Source of the DNA: Trypanosoma brucei
Lineage: Eukaryota
DNA length: 64,000 nucleotides
NCBI GenBank assembly: GCA_000002445.1
Contig: AL929603.2
Coordinates: 448,001-512,000, forward strand
Direction: 5' to 3'
This document shows positions 33,678 through 45,785 of the stretch, one piece after another (positions within the stretch are counted from its first letter, which is position 1; every line of letters begins with the position of its first letter). Below the pieces are notes generated by a model that saw nothing but the letters and a program-made list of their open reading frames with translations, ran no database searches and had not been told where the DNA came from. The translations under genes and the position numbers were made by a program.

Positions 33678-36189
33678 GCGTGCTGCGGCGCAACTTCATG
33701 AATCAAGTCACGGGAGCAACGAAATAAGAATATCAAAAGTCTTAAAAATGAGGAAAACAAGAAGTGATCAAACGACGTTTACGATTGCTTATGCTAATTG
33801 GCTTTGAAAGGAAGAATTATCGCCATAGAAGAGAGAGAGAGAGAGAGAGAGTAAGGATGTCACTAACCCTATTTTCCTTTACAGTCGCTCAGTTTTGCTG
33901 TTTCTTCTTATATTCCCTTACAAATTTCCCTAGCTTTTTTTTATTTCCTTGTTCGCACGTATTCAGATTTGTTCTTTTCTTCTTTACTTCGTTTGTTGCT
34001 TGTGTTTTATTTTTTTTTCGTCATTTACAAGTTCTGTACTTTTTATTGTCGTTGTTGCCATTTGCTCGTTCCCACATGAGCGCTGCTAAAATCCCTTCTC
34101 CGCTTCTTCACTCCGGACTTACTTTTAGCTGCCATCCTTTTCATTGTTTGTTTGATGTTCCCCCCCCCCCCACGTGTTATCGCTCCGCATTTCATTTATT
34201 TATTTATTACAAAAATATATGAACAAACAAAGATATGCGCACGCATGTGTTTGAGGGCATTTGTATATTTGTGAATACGTCCCTTGAAATGTGCCACTGA
34301 ACCGCCCTATTTTCAAAAACAGATCGGTCGTCGTATTATTGCTATTTATTTCCATTTTTTTTTTTCATAAAACCAGGTACACCAAAAAAAAAATTGAAAG
34401 AATTGTTGGACGAACTTGCGCTTATGAGCTCACTTAGTTAGCGGGTACAAAATGAATAAAATAAATAAATAACTTTTTTTTTTAAAGTGCGGGGATAAAT
34501 AAAAAATAACACAAACAGCTGAACTTCTAGAAGAGGTGTCTTGACCACTTTTTTTTTTATTCACTTCGTTTTGTTCCCATACCTTAATCTCGTTCGCCTT
34601 TTTCAATCATTAAATAAGCTTCCATTATTACGATTGAGAGTTTTCGCTTTATTTATTTTCCCGTAAATATATATATATATATATATTAGAAGTGAAAGAA
34701 CGAATAAATAAATAGTGAGGTGCTCCCTTAACGGAGTGAATTCTGTTATGTTATGTTTTTTGTTAACTCTTCTCTTCATTTTTTTTTCGCGCGGTTAAGA
34801 ATGGAGCTCCGCTCGAATTGCATTTGAGTACTGAGCTTTCCTGCTGAAAGTGAGGGAACTGCTTTCGAAGTAACATACGGATAAATTTGCCGTTTGTTTG
34901 AAAATTTACTAATTTATTTGTATTTTAATTTTTTATCTATTTCCTTTGTGTCCTCATTCCTGCTACATTTTTTTTTATAAGTATTGAGTTGCAGAGCTTA
35001 GGAGGAATAAACACGTAGTTTTTTTTTTTACTGCATCATTTTTGTTTGTTTGAGACCTCCGGAAGTTCCTGGTTTTCTCCCTTTTTATTTATTTTGTTTC
35101 ATTTGTGTTTGATCATATGTATTCGCTTATTAATATTTTTGATTCATCTGCCTGTGTGCATTACTAGTGATTTTATAGTGGGTGGGCATCGGAGTAGTGA
35201 ATTGTTTGTTTGTTTTACCCTCAATTCCGCACTATATATATATATATATTTATTTATTTATTTACTGTGTTGTTTGTGTTGTTAACATTGCGATCGCCGT
35301 TTGCTACTGTTTGCTCGCAGTTTTAACACATAGTTTATTTAATTATGTGTTTGAGTTTATTGATGTTTATGATATTTGTGTTTCGGATGTATTTTTGTTC
35401 GCAGTGGGGCACCGCTGGACGCTTTCGCGCAAAAAATAAATATACGTTAATTTTGAAAGCGCTGGGAGGTTAGGTGTTGCGGAGAAGCCGCATAATTTTT
35501 TTGATACCTTTTCGCGTGTTGGTGTTGTTGTTTTTTGACGTGCCGCAGCCGCAGCTTTAATTTCTAAGGAACTCAATGAGTTTACAAAAAAAGGAGGTAG
35601 GGCGCCTTCGGGTGGACATTTTGTTGGTTCTCAAACGTCATTTTTTTTTTTAATAAATAAATAAATATATATATATATATATAATGTACTGCCAAATCTG
35701 TTGTTTCACCATCTCGTCATCACTACCACCGCTGCTTTGCTTAAGCAAGCGGCTGATGATATGTTCAAGTGTTCCCTCTCATTCCCGTTATTTCTTCCCT
35801 TTGCACGTGGCACAAGCACATCAGGGGACGGTGAAGAGGGAACCGAAGAATTCTTACAAAAAGAAAAAGACGTCGTAGTTCGCAATCAACTCCACAAGAA
35901 ATATATATATATATATATTTAAATATATAACTATTTAGGGAAGGGGAAAGGAAATAATAGAACGGAATCGTGAAAAACATACTATTGCTGCATGCTTGTG
36001 CGGGCGATAGTTCGGTGCTTGTCAACTTGCTATAGTTCCTATTAGGAGCTCAGTTCCCGGCGTTGGTATTCCCTCCGCCACCAGTGAAATTATCATATTT
36101 GTTGTTGTATTGTTTTATTTTTTTGTTTATCTTGAAATTTACGACGGCCAACTGCGGGAAAAAGAGGAGGTAACTACGGAGCAGCGCAA

Positions 36190-39100
36190 ATGAATGAATC
36201 CCACATGTGTCATCAAAGGCCTGTTTGCCTCAACGCCTTCACAAAACAACCCGCTTCGTCACTGGCGTTGGCGCCAACAGCCGCAGTTACGCATAAGGTG
36301 AACAGTATGAAAGTGCAACCAACGGCGGATGCACTAAAAAGCAAAATTACGCTCAATGAGGGACTGACATGTATTGATTTCCAACCGGGACGTCACCTCC
36401 TAGCTATTGGGTGCACGAAAGTTGTTCATATTTTGGAAGTGAAGCAACTGGCAGAGGGGAACCAGTCTTTCACTCCAACGCGTAGTGATAGCGGAAAGAG
36501 AGGAGGTGCGGAGAGTGAAGCTTTCCAGTCATCACATCTGCCTCATTCCTCCGGTCACATGGGACTCCGGCAGTGTGGTACGTTTTGTAATATTTCAAAG
36601 GTGGAAGCAGTTGCTTGGTACCCGGATACAGGTGAAGATGTGCTTGCCTTTGTGCAGCGAAATCGTAACATCACGATATTGTTCGACACTATCTCTGTCA
36701 AATCTAACAGACGCGTAACCAAACAGTGGATCCACAAGGCTTCAGATCGATGTCTTATCTCTTCCATGGAGGCGGGGAGTTCTCTGTCAAGTACAGCGGT
36801 GGTAAATGCTTTGAATGCCACCTGCACGCCCATCTTCGGTGGGTCAGCACCAGAGGTACCGCATCCTACTTTCCATGCGAAGCGTGACCGTGAGGGGCGT
36901 GGTATGGTTGAAGTGATTATCCCGACCGGTCACAACCACGTGGAGCGCATCGCCTGGGACCCACACAACGCATACACGTTGGCTCTGGCAGCTGATGCGA
37001 CTCATTTCGAGCTATGGCATATCCCAGTCGTTGATGATCATGTTCACATGCCGCGCCTCATCCTAAGGCCACCAGCTCATGACGAGCGTTCCACGACGCG
37101 GAGCGTCGCCTTTTCCCCTTCTAACCCTAATCTCATTGTCGTAGCGGTGCAGCTGACCAACGCGGGAAAGGTTATGATATATGATCGCCGTCATGTAGAG
37201 GTTCCACGCTGCGTGACGACGATGGGACCGTGTTTTGCCGCCTCATTCCACCCCGTTTACTGTGATTTACTTGCCGTATGCTGTCGAAAAACGAAAGCGA
37301 AGACGGATTCTCGAGTGCAGTTCTTTCGTGTGATGGATGAAATGCGCCCAGTGGGAGTGTTGAAACTACCCGCTCCCGCAAGTGTTGACAGTGGCGCTAC
37401 CACTTTCCATTCCACAGGAGCCAACTCCGCGTGGCCTGTGACGGAGCAGAATATCCTTCCACCCATCGACACTGTTGACCCTCTTAATAGACTTCGCTGG
37501 CGCCCTGCTGTGAAGGGATCTCAGGGAACAGCAGTGGATGTCACCGTCGACTCTGCAGAGGCAATAATTGACAAAATATCCTCGCAGTTGTGGTTTGCCA
37601 CGACATCGATTAATGGTCAAGAGGTCAGTGTATGGGATGCATCCAACGTCTTTTGTCCAATCTTTTCCATCAAAAGTATATCTAACAGGCGGAATGTGTC
37701 ACAACGTGAGCGCACCTTACGGGAGCCGACGGATTGTGTTTGGGTAAACGCGTTGACGCTGGTATGCGTGTTTAAAGATGGGGAAGTGGAGCTTATCTCA
37801 CTATTTGATGAGGCGACAGAAAGCAATGAGACGCTATTTCGTTGCGCGAGTGAGACGACTACCACTAGTGACCCAAGTAGCGACACTACCATCAACAAGA
37901 TGGTGGATCCGGGTACATTCAGCCTTGCGGCCGTACTTCCCACCGCTGCTATAGTGCCAGATTTTTTTGGTCAATGTTTGGTTGTACGCAACTCTTCTTC
38001 AGCGCTGCGCGAGTACTATGCCAATGCGATACGTGCAGACAAGGGTAAAATACTGGAACTAATGTTGTTAGAATACGGCGCGGAGTGGGGCAGCAGCATC
38101 AGCGGAGACGGAATCACTTCATCCAGTGCCGCTTCGTTTCCAATATCAGGCACCTCCTCAAGTACAGGACTGGGAGCGGTGTCACGTGGTCTTAGGGGTA
38201 CTACTCGTATAGCCCCCGTCGCACAAACACCAGCAGACCGAAGCCAGTCGTCTCAAATAAACGCAACATTTCGCCACAGCCATACGCGACCGTTATTACC
38301 GAACTCGGGGTCATCTGTTGATCGTTCGCGCAGTCCGTTCGTTCTCGGGGCAGAGACCCCGGGAGTAGCAACCGCCGGCGTCGCGTCGGCAGCGGGAAGG
38401 CGGCACGAGTCGCTATTCCCATTTCTGATCTCCCTTGCTTTGCAGGCACAAACAACGAGCACGCCGAGAGATAACCTCCCTACTACCAGTGCTCCAGCGG
38501 CCTCAAGTGGAGATGTGCTAGAATTAGCACCTGACCGAGAAAAGCAACAGGAAGAACCTCATCGAACAACCGCAAGTCATGTCATCACGGCTCCGCCGCG
38601 GCGAAGTAATTCGACATCCCACAACGGCTGCGCTGATATATGTTATGAAAAGAGCCCAGATGGGAACGCGCGGACAGTTGGGATGCGACCGAGTCACAAC
38701 GCATTTTTGAGGCAAGAACGTCAGCAGATGCCCGCTATGTCTCCCTCTACACCCAAAATACCCTGTGCGGACATACTTGAGTTAGTGCTCCCTGCAGTAC
38801 TGTGTCCGAACAGCGCCTCCATTATAAGCCCCCTTTCACTTATGGGATCAGGAAGCGACTACAGCCGGTGCATGTTACCAAACGCTGGTGTCGCTCCTGG
38901 CAGTTGCAAGAGTAGTGAAGTCTTGAACTCCCCACTCAGTGATTTGCCATATACGCGGGGGGTACCGTACTCCTTCAGAGAATACGGTGCCAGTGGTCGA
39001 AGCACCAGCCCCCGTTCGTCCGCTGTGGCGTCACCAACTGGCTTACCAAAGCATTCTTTAGCACAACCACTACTACTGGGAGTGAAGTCACATGTGAATC

Positions 39101-40521
39101 CAGTGATTGAACATCACATCATCTCCTCCGACATGCCCAATCTTACTTATGTCGAGCGCCTGTCAGAGCACGACGCGTTTGTACGCTATGCTAGGGAGTG
39201 GGATGTTGGGTATGATGTTGCCCGAAAGATGATAAGCGACCGCTATTCCGTCAGATGCTCAACGGATAATACAGAATACGAAGAGCGTAAAGAGGGCCAA
39301 TATTTAGCCAACAAACGCCACGTAGACAGACGCTTTGCGAGACTTATGGCACACAACGCAAAAGTTTGTTTTATTCACGAACGTACTATGCGTCTAAAAG
39401 TTGGCGCCTACTCAAGGGAGGGAATAGCGAATAGTAGTTGTGAAACAGAGGAAAGAGGACTGTGCAACGACCTCAACAGTTTTGCAGGGCAGTCAGCCGA
39501 TATTCGTGGGTCTTTATGGGCATCCGCCAAGGAAATATGGCGTAACCACAACGTGCCATACATCGCTTCACACGTGGCTTTACTTTTAGACTACGCATCA
39601 CTAACTGGTGACGTCCAGTTCTGTACAGTACTGTACCTTCTGTTCTGTTTATGGTGGGAGCAACGACACGGGTCCATGCTTAGCCACCCCTGTCCATTTC
39701 TTCCCAGTGCTAACGCTAATGCGAGAGAAGGCCACAACAGGAAATCAAGCCAGTCTGCAGTCACAACTTCTGAGGTTGGTGGATGCTCCCCACAACGTTG
39801 GCGGTTGCGAGCACTCCAATGGGTGGAGCAGTATGCATCACGCCTGTATGCAATGAAGTTATACGTCCCTATTAACGAGTTGTTGCTAGTTGTTCCCCAT
39901 GTATTAGGAGACTCCAACTCAGGTTTACCGCGGTCAGAAGAAATTGCGCAGAAGCTATTTACGTATTTGTATTGTGGAGTGTGTAGGAAAACCGAGATCG
40001 TGCCACATCACACGATGAGAGAGAAACTAGGATATCTACCGTCAAGTTTGTCGGAACAGTTATCGCTTGGAAGGAGTGGAGGGGAAGACGACAGGCAGGC
40101 AAAAACTGATCACAGTAGTGATGAATGCACAGAAACGTGTGATTCCAGCGGCGATTCGACACCACTGTCAAGCATGCGTTCTTCGTCAAGCTCTCTTTCT
40201 GCGCTTGATGGAAAAGACACGCTGGGAAGTGTTGTCGGCAGTGAAGTTATAGCTTCAGAAAGGATGAAACCAACGAGTGCTGCTTCATACGCCGGAAACG
40301 AGCCTTCAATTTGTGGGCCCGTCACATATCGTAATGCTGTTTGTAGGAGTTGTACCAGTAACTCCCTCATGACTTGTATGATATGTGAGGAAGAAGTGGA
40401 GGGGATGTATATGTGGCTGCGTTGCTGTGGCCACGGTGGGCATGTGCAGCACATCGAGGAGTGGCTTTCGATAAGCAATGAGTGCCCCCTATGCGGCGTG
40501 CCTATTATGATGAAAGAGTGA
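36190..40521 (+). CDS. WD40-repeat protein of 1443 aa with a C-terminal RING/zinc-ribbon (C-x2-C...CCGHGGH-x2-H...W...CPLC). It is candidate SEA/GATOR2-type (Mios/WDR24/WDR59-like). A HOPS/CORVET Vps-type is the alternative.
   Basis: WD-like segments lie at the N-terminus, for example 'LLAIGCTKVVHILEV', 'ERIAWDPHNAYTLALAA', 'VAFSPSNPNLIVVAVQ...KVMIYDRR', 'INGQEVSVWDASN'. The last 60 aa read 'CMICEEEVEGMYMWLRCCGHGGHVQHIEEWLSISNECPLCGVPIMMKE'. Confidence 0.8.
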   Translation: MNESHMCHQRPVCLNAFTKQPASSLALAPTAAVTHKVNSMKVQPTADALKSKITLNEGLTCIDFQPGRHLLAIGCTKVVHILEVKQLAEGNQSFTPTRSDSGKRGGAESEAFQSSHLPHSSGHMGLRQCGTFCNISKVEAVAWYPDTGEDVLAFVQRNRNITILFDTISVKSNRRVTKQWIHKASDRCLISSMEAGSSLSSTAVVNALNATCTPIFGGSAPEVPHPTFHAKRDREGRGMVEVIIPTGHNHVERIAWDPHNAYTLALAADATHFELWHIPVVDDHVHMPRLILRPPAHDERSTTRSVAFSPSNPNLIVVAVQLTNAGKVMIYDRRHVEVPRCVTTMGPCFAASFHPVYCDLLAVCCRKTKAKTDSRVQFFRVMDEMRPVGVLKLPAPASVDSGATTFHSTGANSAWPVTEQNILPPIDTVDPLNRLRWRPAVKGSQGTAVDVTVDSAEAIIDKISSQLWFATTSINGQEVSVWDASNVFCPIFSIKSISNRRNVSQRERTLREPTDCVWVNALTLVCVFKDGEVELISLFDEATESNETLFRCASETTTTSDPSSDTTINKMVDPGTFSLAAVLPTAAIVPDFFGQCLVVRNSSSALREYYANAIRADKGKILELMLLEYGAEWGSSISGDGITSSSAASFPISGTSSSTGLGAVSRGLRGTTRIAPVAQTPADRSQSSQINATFRHSHTRPLLPNSGSSVDRSRSPFVLGAETPGVATAGVASAAGRRHESLFPFLISLALQAQTTSTPRDNLPTTSAPAASSGDVLELAPDREKQQEEPHRTTASHVITAPPRRSNSTSHNGCADICYEKSPDGNARTVGMRPSHNAFLRQERQQMPAMSPSTPKIPCADILELVLPAVLCPNSASIISPLSLMGSGSDYSRCMLPNAGVAPGSCKSSEVLNSPLSDLPYTRGVPYSFREYGASGRSTSPRSSAVASPTGLPKHSLAQPLLLGVKSHVNPVIEHHIISSDMPNLTYVERLSEHDAFVRYAREWDVGYDVARKMISDRYSVRCSTDNTEYEERKEGQYLANKRHVDRRFARLMAHNAKVCFIHERTMRLKVGAYSREGIANSSCETEERGLCNDLNSFAGQSADIRGSLWASAKEIWRNHNVPYIASHVALLLDYASLTGDVQFCTVLYLLFCLWWEQRHGSMLSHPCPFLPSANANAREGHNRKSSQSAVTTSEVGGCSPQRWRLRALQWVEQYASRLYAMKLYVPINELLLVVPHVLGDSNSGLPRSEEIAQKLFTYLYCGVCRKTEIVPHHTMREKLGYLPSSLSEQLSLGRSGGEDDRQAKTDHSSDECTETCDSSGDSTPLSSMRSSSSSLSALDGKDTLGSVVGSEVIASERMKPTSAASYAGNEPSICGPVTYRNAVCRSCTSNSLMTCMICEEEVEGMYMWLRCCGHGGHVQHIEEWLSISNECPLCGVPIMMKE

Positions 40522-41018
40522 ACTGTTTGCGTAGACGTGGTTTGTCTGTAGAGTTATCGGCGTCCACCGAGACAACTCTACCTGGTAAGTTCCTTCATCT
40601 ACATCAAGGGTGCATTTGAATGACCATATACACTTTCTTCCGTCGTTATGGCCCCAATCTCATTGACTTAGGAAAAGGAGAAAACAAGGGAAATAGGGGT
40701 TTTTTAGTTGCTTTTCATACAGAGCGTGTTTTAAGTTTCTGTGCAAACAAAGCCGAACAACTTTCTTCCCACGCGCGGACGTCCGCCAACTCTACAGTTT
40801 GGCGTGAAGAGCATGTATTTTTCCTCAACTGAGACTAAGCTACCAAACGATTACGCTTCCCTTAGCTTTGTTTTTTCCTGTCCTATCATTGTTCTACGTC
40901 CAATATACTTGCTTTATGTTTTCTAACCCTTGTAACGCTGTGCGCGAGTGGAGTGGGGCGAACACAAACAGCACGTATATATATATATATATATATACAG
41001 ATATAGACACATAGAAGG

Positions 41019-42245
41019 ATGCCGTCGCCCAAACTCCTGTATTCGGTGGGTTTACCTGAATTTTATGCTGATGGCTTTGCGTTAGCCGTACCACCCCCGC
41101 CACCGGCAGACATGCCTTCACCCTTCCTTGCACGTCGGCAGGAAGGGAGTAGTGAAGAACAAGGTAAAGAGGAAGAAAGCGTGGGATTTACTCCGAGAAA
41201 CTTCCTAGTGGCACCCCATGTGTCACAGGCCACTCCTACCCCAAGCACCACATTGACGTCCAGCGATCCATGCACAGTTTCCGCCCCTCATGTGCACGTC
41301 TCGGAAACCTTGTCAGATCACCTAGGGCCATGCACCTCATCCACGCAGAGTTTTCAGACTCCGAACAATGCGACAGCAGGCACCTCTAGCACAACGCCGA
41401 CCTACGAGCTGGCACAGCTGTTGTGTGATGCCGTGATGAAGTGTTACAGACGGGAGGATGAGCTTCGGCAACAACTGCGAAGGGTGGATGAGGAGAAAGA
41501 GGACGGTGGGTGGCGTGCATATAACAGTAAATTGAACAGCAAGGAAGTGGCACCTCGTTCAGGGGCATTTCCACGTATGGTTGATAGCATCCACTCGCTG
41601 AAGTGCAGGCGCCGCCAGCAGGTGCAGTTGAACGAAAATCACATGCTAAACGTGACGCGGGTGAGGGAGACACCCCAACTGGTGAGGGATGCAGTGCAAT
41701 ATGCTCAACAGCTTATCGAATGGCGCTCTAACAGCGACGACAACTCTAACATCAGCGTTGATCCAATCTCGTCTAACACGGAGTTCCCAAACACAGAAAA
41801 AAGACATCAGCACGGACGCGCGGAGCCGCCAACTCAGCCAAACCACCCATGTGGTGAGGGTCGTGATTCTAGTCATATGCTTTATGCAAAGTATCCACCT
41901 CCACTATTCCATACAACATCATTCGCCGACGGTGTTACACGGCTCCTGAGGTGGATTCGAACATGGCAGCGATCATCCTCGGCAGCTGAGGCCGCCGAAC
42001 GGGCCCCCAATGGGAGAAGAAACTTGAAGAGAAAGAGAAACACTACGACGGAAACGGAGTCCAAGAAAAGAGCAATCTCTTCAACGGGGTTTCCAGCTTC
42101 CAACGAGGTGGATCTGAAGGGGCGTAAGCAAGGGGCAAGAGGCGGAGTGGTAGGAGTAGGTAGCACGGCAAATGCGAGCGTTGAAAGCAGAAGCTCCAGC
42201 AGCAGTTCGTCCAGCAGCAGTAGCAGCTCGAGCAGTAGTAGTTCT

Positions 42246-42278
<33 letters not shown>

Positions 42279-44543
42279 TCGAGTAGTAGTAGCAGTAGTA
42301 GTTGCAGTGATGCTTCTCAAGAAGCGCAGCAGCAACAAAAAGAGCAGCGGACATCTCTCCAACGTTACTACGACACTTGGCTACATGTAGCCGACACATT
42401 GGCCAGTGGATGCGTCAATAGTACCCTTGAAAGTGGTTTAGCAATGGATCACATGGCCCACCCGGGACTCCCTCCAGAGTTGTGCCGCAAGGCGGATCGT
42501 GGACTCTTGAGTGACCAAATTATGTATGACGAGCACGGAAACAGAATGCGTAGTATGCGTCTCGCTCGCAAGATGGCGAAGGAGCGCGCAAAGCAAGAAA
42601 AGAGGCGTCGTGTGCTGGAGCGGCGTCGCGGTTATTTTGCACGTGACGAGGAGGAAAATAATATGACCGCGTTGAACGTGTTACTGTCTGACAACATTCG
42701 GGTAGACGACAAGGGCAATATGTGGAAGCATGACGTCGAAGACGACGTGACCAGTATTGCTATGATATATGGGCCGTGTGGAGTGGGGAAAACGGCCATT
42801 GTTTATCTAGCAGCGGCCGTGCTCGGTTATCGTGTGGTGGAAATGAATACTGCGGTGCGGCGATGCCCGAAAAATATTGACCGACTTTTATCGGAACTGA
42901 CACGCAGTCACAGACTCAGTGGTTTGGCGAGTTGCAAGCCGTTGATGTCAATTGAGGAGGAATTAAAAAAACTGAAGACGGAACAAGCGAACGAGGCCGA
43001 GTTAAGAAAATCAGCTGCCAAATCGACACCGGTGAAGAATAAAAAGGGAAATGCTATTTCTGCTAAAGCGGTGGCAGCTTTTTTCAAGAAAAATGTTCCG
43101 GAAAATGTGGTGGATGTCCACACAGAAGGGATTGTGGAAATTGCGGTATCGACTGAGAATGACAACCGTGCACGTGAAAAGGAAAAAGAGGCGGCAGCGA
43201 GTGCAGCCCAGCCGTCCACGACAACGCCAAACGCTACCTTGGATGAAACGACGCGCACCATATTATTGATTGAAGATGTAGACGTTATTCTCGGTGACGA
43301 GAGCATGCGGACTTTCTACACGGCGGTGAAGGATTTGGCTCAGCGCAGTAAAGTTCCGATCGTCCTCACAGCCTCTTCCCCCCCTTCCACCACCATAGGG
43401 GGTTCAACCGGGCGCCCTACAAAAGTGGTTGCGGCGGGTAACGACCCTGTCCAAATGATTCCCATGAGTGCAGTTCAAGCAGAGCAATACTTTGGGAGGC
43501 GGACACCATTCACGCGCATCGGCCCAATGTCACGTAGTGAACTGTTCGCACAGATGGTTGTTGTTGCTGCTGCGGAGCGCGGATTACTATCGCTGCGCGA
43601 GGACACGGTGCCTTGCCCGCCCAAGAAAAAGTCACGAAGGCGACGGAGGGGGAAAAGAAAGGCAAACTCTACCGAAGGAGAGACAAAGCCTAAGAAGGAG
43701 AAGCTGATCTCGTTCACAACGGTTGTTGTGAATGACGTGGCGATGTTTGAAAGCCTTGCTGATGCACTACGAGAGGAGGTTTACGGAAATGTCGAGGATA
43801 TCGAACAGTGCCACACATTGAATGACCAGACGGATGTTCGGAGGTGGCTTAATCGTCTGCAGTATCTGCTCTTGCGTGAGTTCTGGCCAATGAACTGCTC
43901 CACATTTACTGATGACATCACATCTCTCCCACTAACAATCATCGAGGGGCCACCAACGTCTAAGATACATCCAGATACAGACGACACTGAGGTTTCTAGG
44001 AGCGAATGGGATGCGCGGCTCGGCCGCATGTTACGCGAATCTCCCAACGCCGTCCGCTCTACAATTGCATCCTGCTGGGAATGGAACCATTTTCAATATA
44101 GTGAGGAGGCAGCCTCTGTAGCGATACATTCGACAACACCAGCGGTTACGCAGTTTTCCGCCCCGGGGCCAGGCGGTACCACAGGTGACGTTACAGATGA
44201 TGGGGGCGCGGATGTGCCCCCATGTGAAGCTCGTGGAAGCAACATTATTCTCAGCTCGCAATGTCCCTGTGGCGAATGCGACGCCTCCTTCATGCCCTCT
44301 GTTGATATGCGCGATCTCTTCGGTTTTCGAACACTGCTAAATGGTCTTCCTTCACCTGAGCACGCACGGAACTGCATCACGACTAACGATCGCATGAATG
44401 CCTTCGGCTCATGGTGGCGCCGCACAAAGAAAAAGGAAGCAGCGAAGCTTTTCGTGGCAGGTTGCAGTGAGAAATCGTACATGGACGTTATCGGGTTCAG
44501 CTGTCTGCTTCAGCAGTCTACTGTTGTTTTACATATAGATTAG
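41019..44543 (+). CDS. AAA+ ATPase of 1174 aa, RFC1-like / Elg1(ATAD5)-like clamp-loader family.
   Basis: Walker A is 'IYGPCGVGKTAIVYLAAAVLGYRVVEMN'; compare the Elg1/ATAD5 motif 'GPxGxGKTAxVYAxAxELGFxVxExN'. A Walker B-like motif is 'ILLIEDVDVIL'. Long low-complexity N- and C-terminal regions. Confidence 0.75.
42187..42305 (+). repeat. In-frame (AGC/AGT)n microsatellite encoding a run of about 40 serines inside the AAA+ gene.
   Basis: Seen directly: 'SSSSSSSSSSSS...' in the translation and agcagcagcagc in the DNA. Confidence 0.95.
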
Positions 44544-45785
44544 ATTAGGTGTCACATTTGCGTACTCGTTTGTTTGTTGCGTCGAATATTACTACTATTA
44601 TTAATATAACTTTCGCTTATCGCTATTTGCTGTGCTGTTGTATCATTCGCGTGTATGTTGTCCTCTCAGGGTACCTTTCATTCGGTTCCCTCTCTCCACA
44701 CACACATTTCTTTCCATTCGTTCACACATGCGGACCCTTTATTATCCGATAACAAAAAAATGGGCGCAGCCTGATGCTAATCTTTAAGAAAATCTTCAAA
44801 ACCGTTTAAAAGCAGGGGGAAGAAAAGAGGGAGATATGCGGGAACATAAAATAGTGTTCTTGTTACTTCACAACCGACGCCTGTTTGCCGCTTAGGCGCT
44901 GAGACAATGAGAACAACAACAACAACAATATGGACAATGAGAAAAGAAGCGGATAGAAGGGTGAAATGAAACAAAACGGAAACAAAGGGTGCCGTAAGTT
45001 GAAGGGCGAAACGGTGCCGACCAGGGGCTGACGAAGGACGTGGGAACGAAAAAAAATAAGGCAGTTATGACAACACATAGGAGAAGCAACAGCAACCCTC
45101 CTTTGTTTGTTTTATATTGGTACGAGTGGAAGTATACAGATAAGTAGACGCAATATACACTAGATACAATTTCTATCCTTTCCACTTCACCTTCCTTTGC
45201 CATTCAATACATTACAGAAACTGGTGAACAGGATTTCGCCCCTTCCCTTGTTTTCAACTCTGCTTGCCTGTTGTCCCTCGTATTCCGGAAACTTTTTTCT
45301 CGCACCACTTCGTTTTATTTTGTTTTTCGTATTTTTTCCTCTGAAAACTCTCCACTGCGTCACGCTATTAGCTCTGTTTTTCACGTACACACACGTAACA
45401 GCCCCTTCTACTCTCCTTGTTGCTTTTTTTTTCATTTTATATGTCGATCTCTTACTTCGGTAACGGGAGGTCGCATCCTTTGTCGGTCACGGGCGTGCGG
45501 AACGATACAAACGAAAACAAAGAAAAAAGGCATAACCGCAACACGATTGCGCGTCCATCAACCCCTTGTACGGCGGTGGTGATCGTCAGCATTTGTGTGT
45601 GGTGGAATAGCTGTGAACAAAAAGGAAAAGGTAGTTGTGACTACGGCAGTGTAAACCACATCGTTAACCATTTCAATTTGTCACGTACGTTAGCCTCAGT
45701 TCCCCCCCCCCCTAAGTCAGGATTTATTCCACACGCACCCTGAAAGGGAAAGGAGACCCCCCTTTCCTATACGTATCGCCCCCGA

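Noticed and set aside
33826-33852. (AG)n repeat and the adjacent ORF 33764-34222 of 152 aa.
   Set aside because: The ORF translates a CT-rich low-complexity tract ('FFLYSLTNFPSFFLF'). It is likely the poly-Y region of the next gene's splice signal and not coding.
42081-42390. Antisense and alternate-frame ORFs encoding poly-Ala/Thr: 42081-42362 (-) and 42172-42390 (+).
   Set aside because: They are frame-shifted readings of the (AGC)n poly-Ser microsatellite inside the AAA+ gene.
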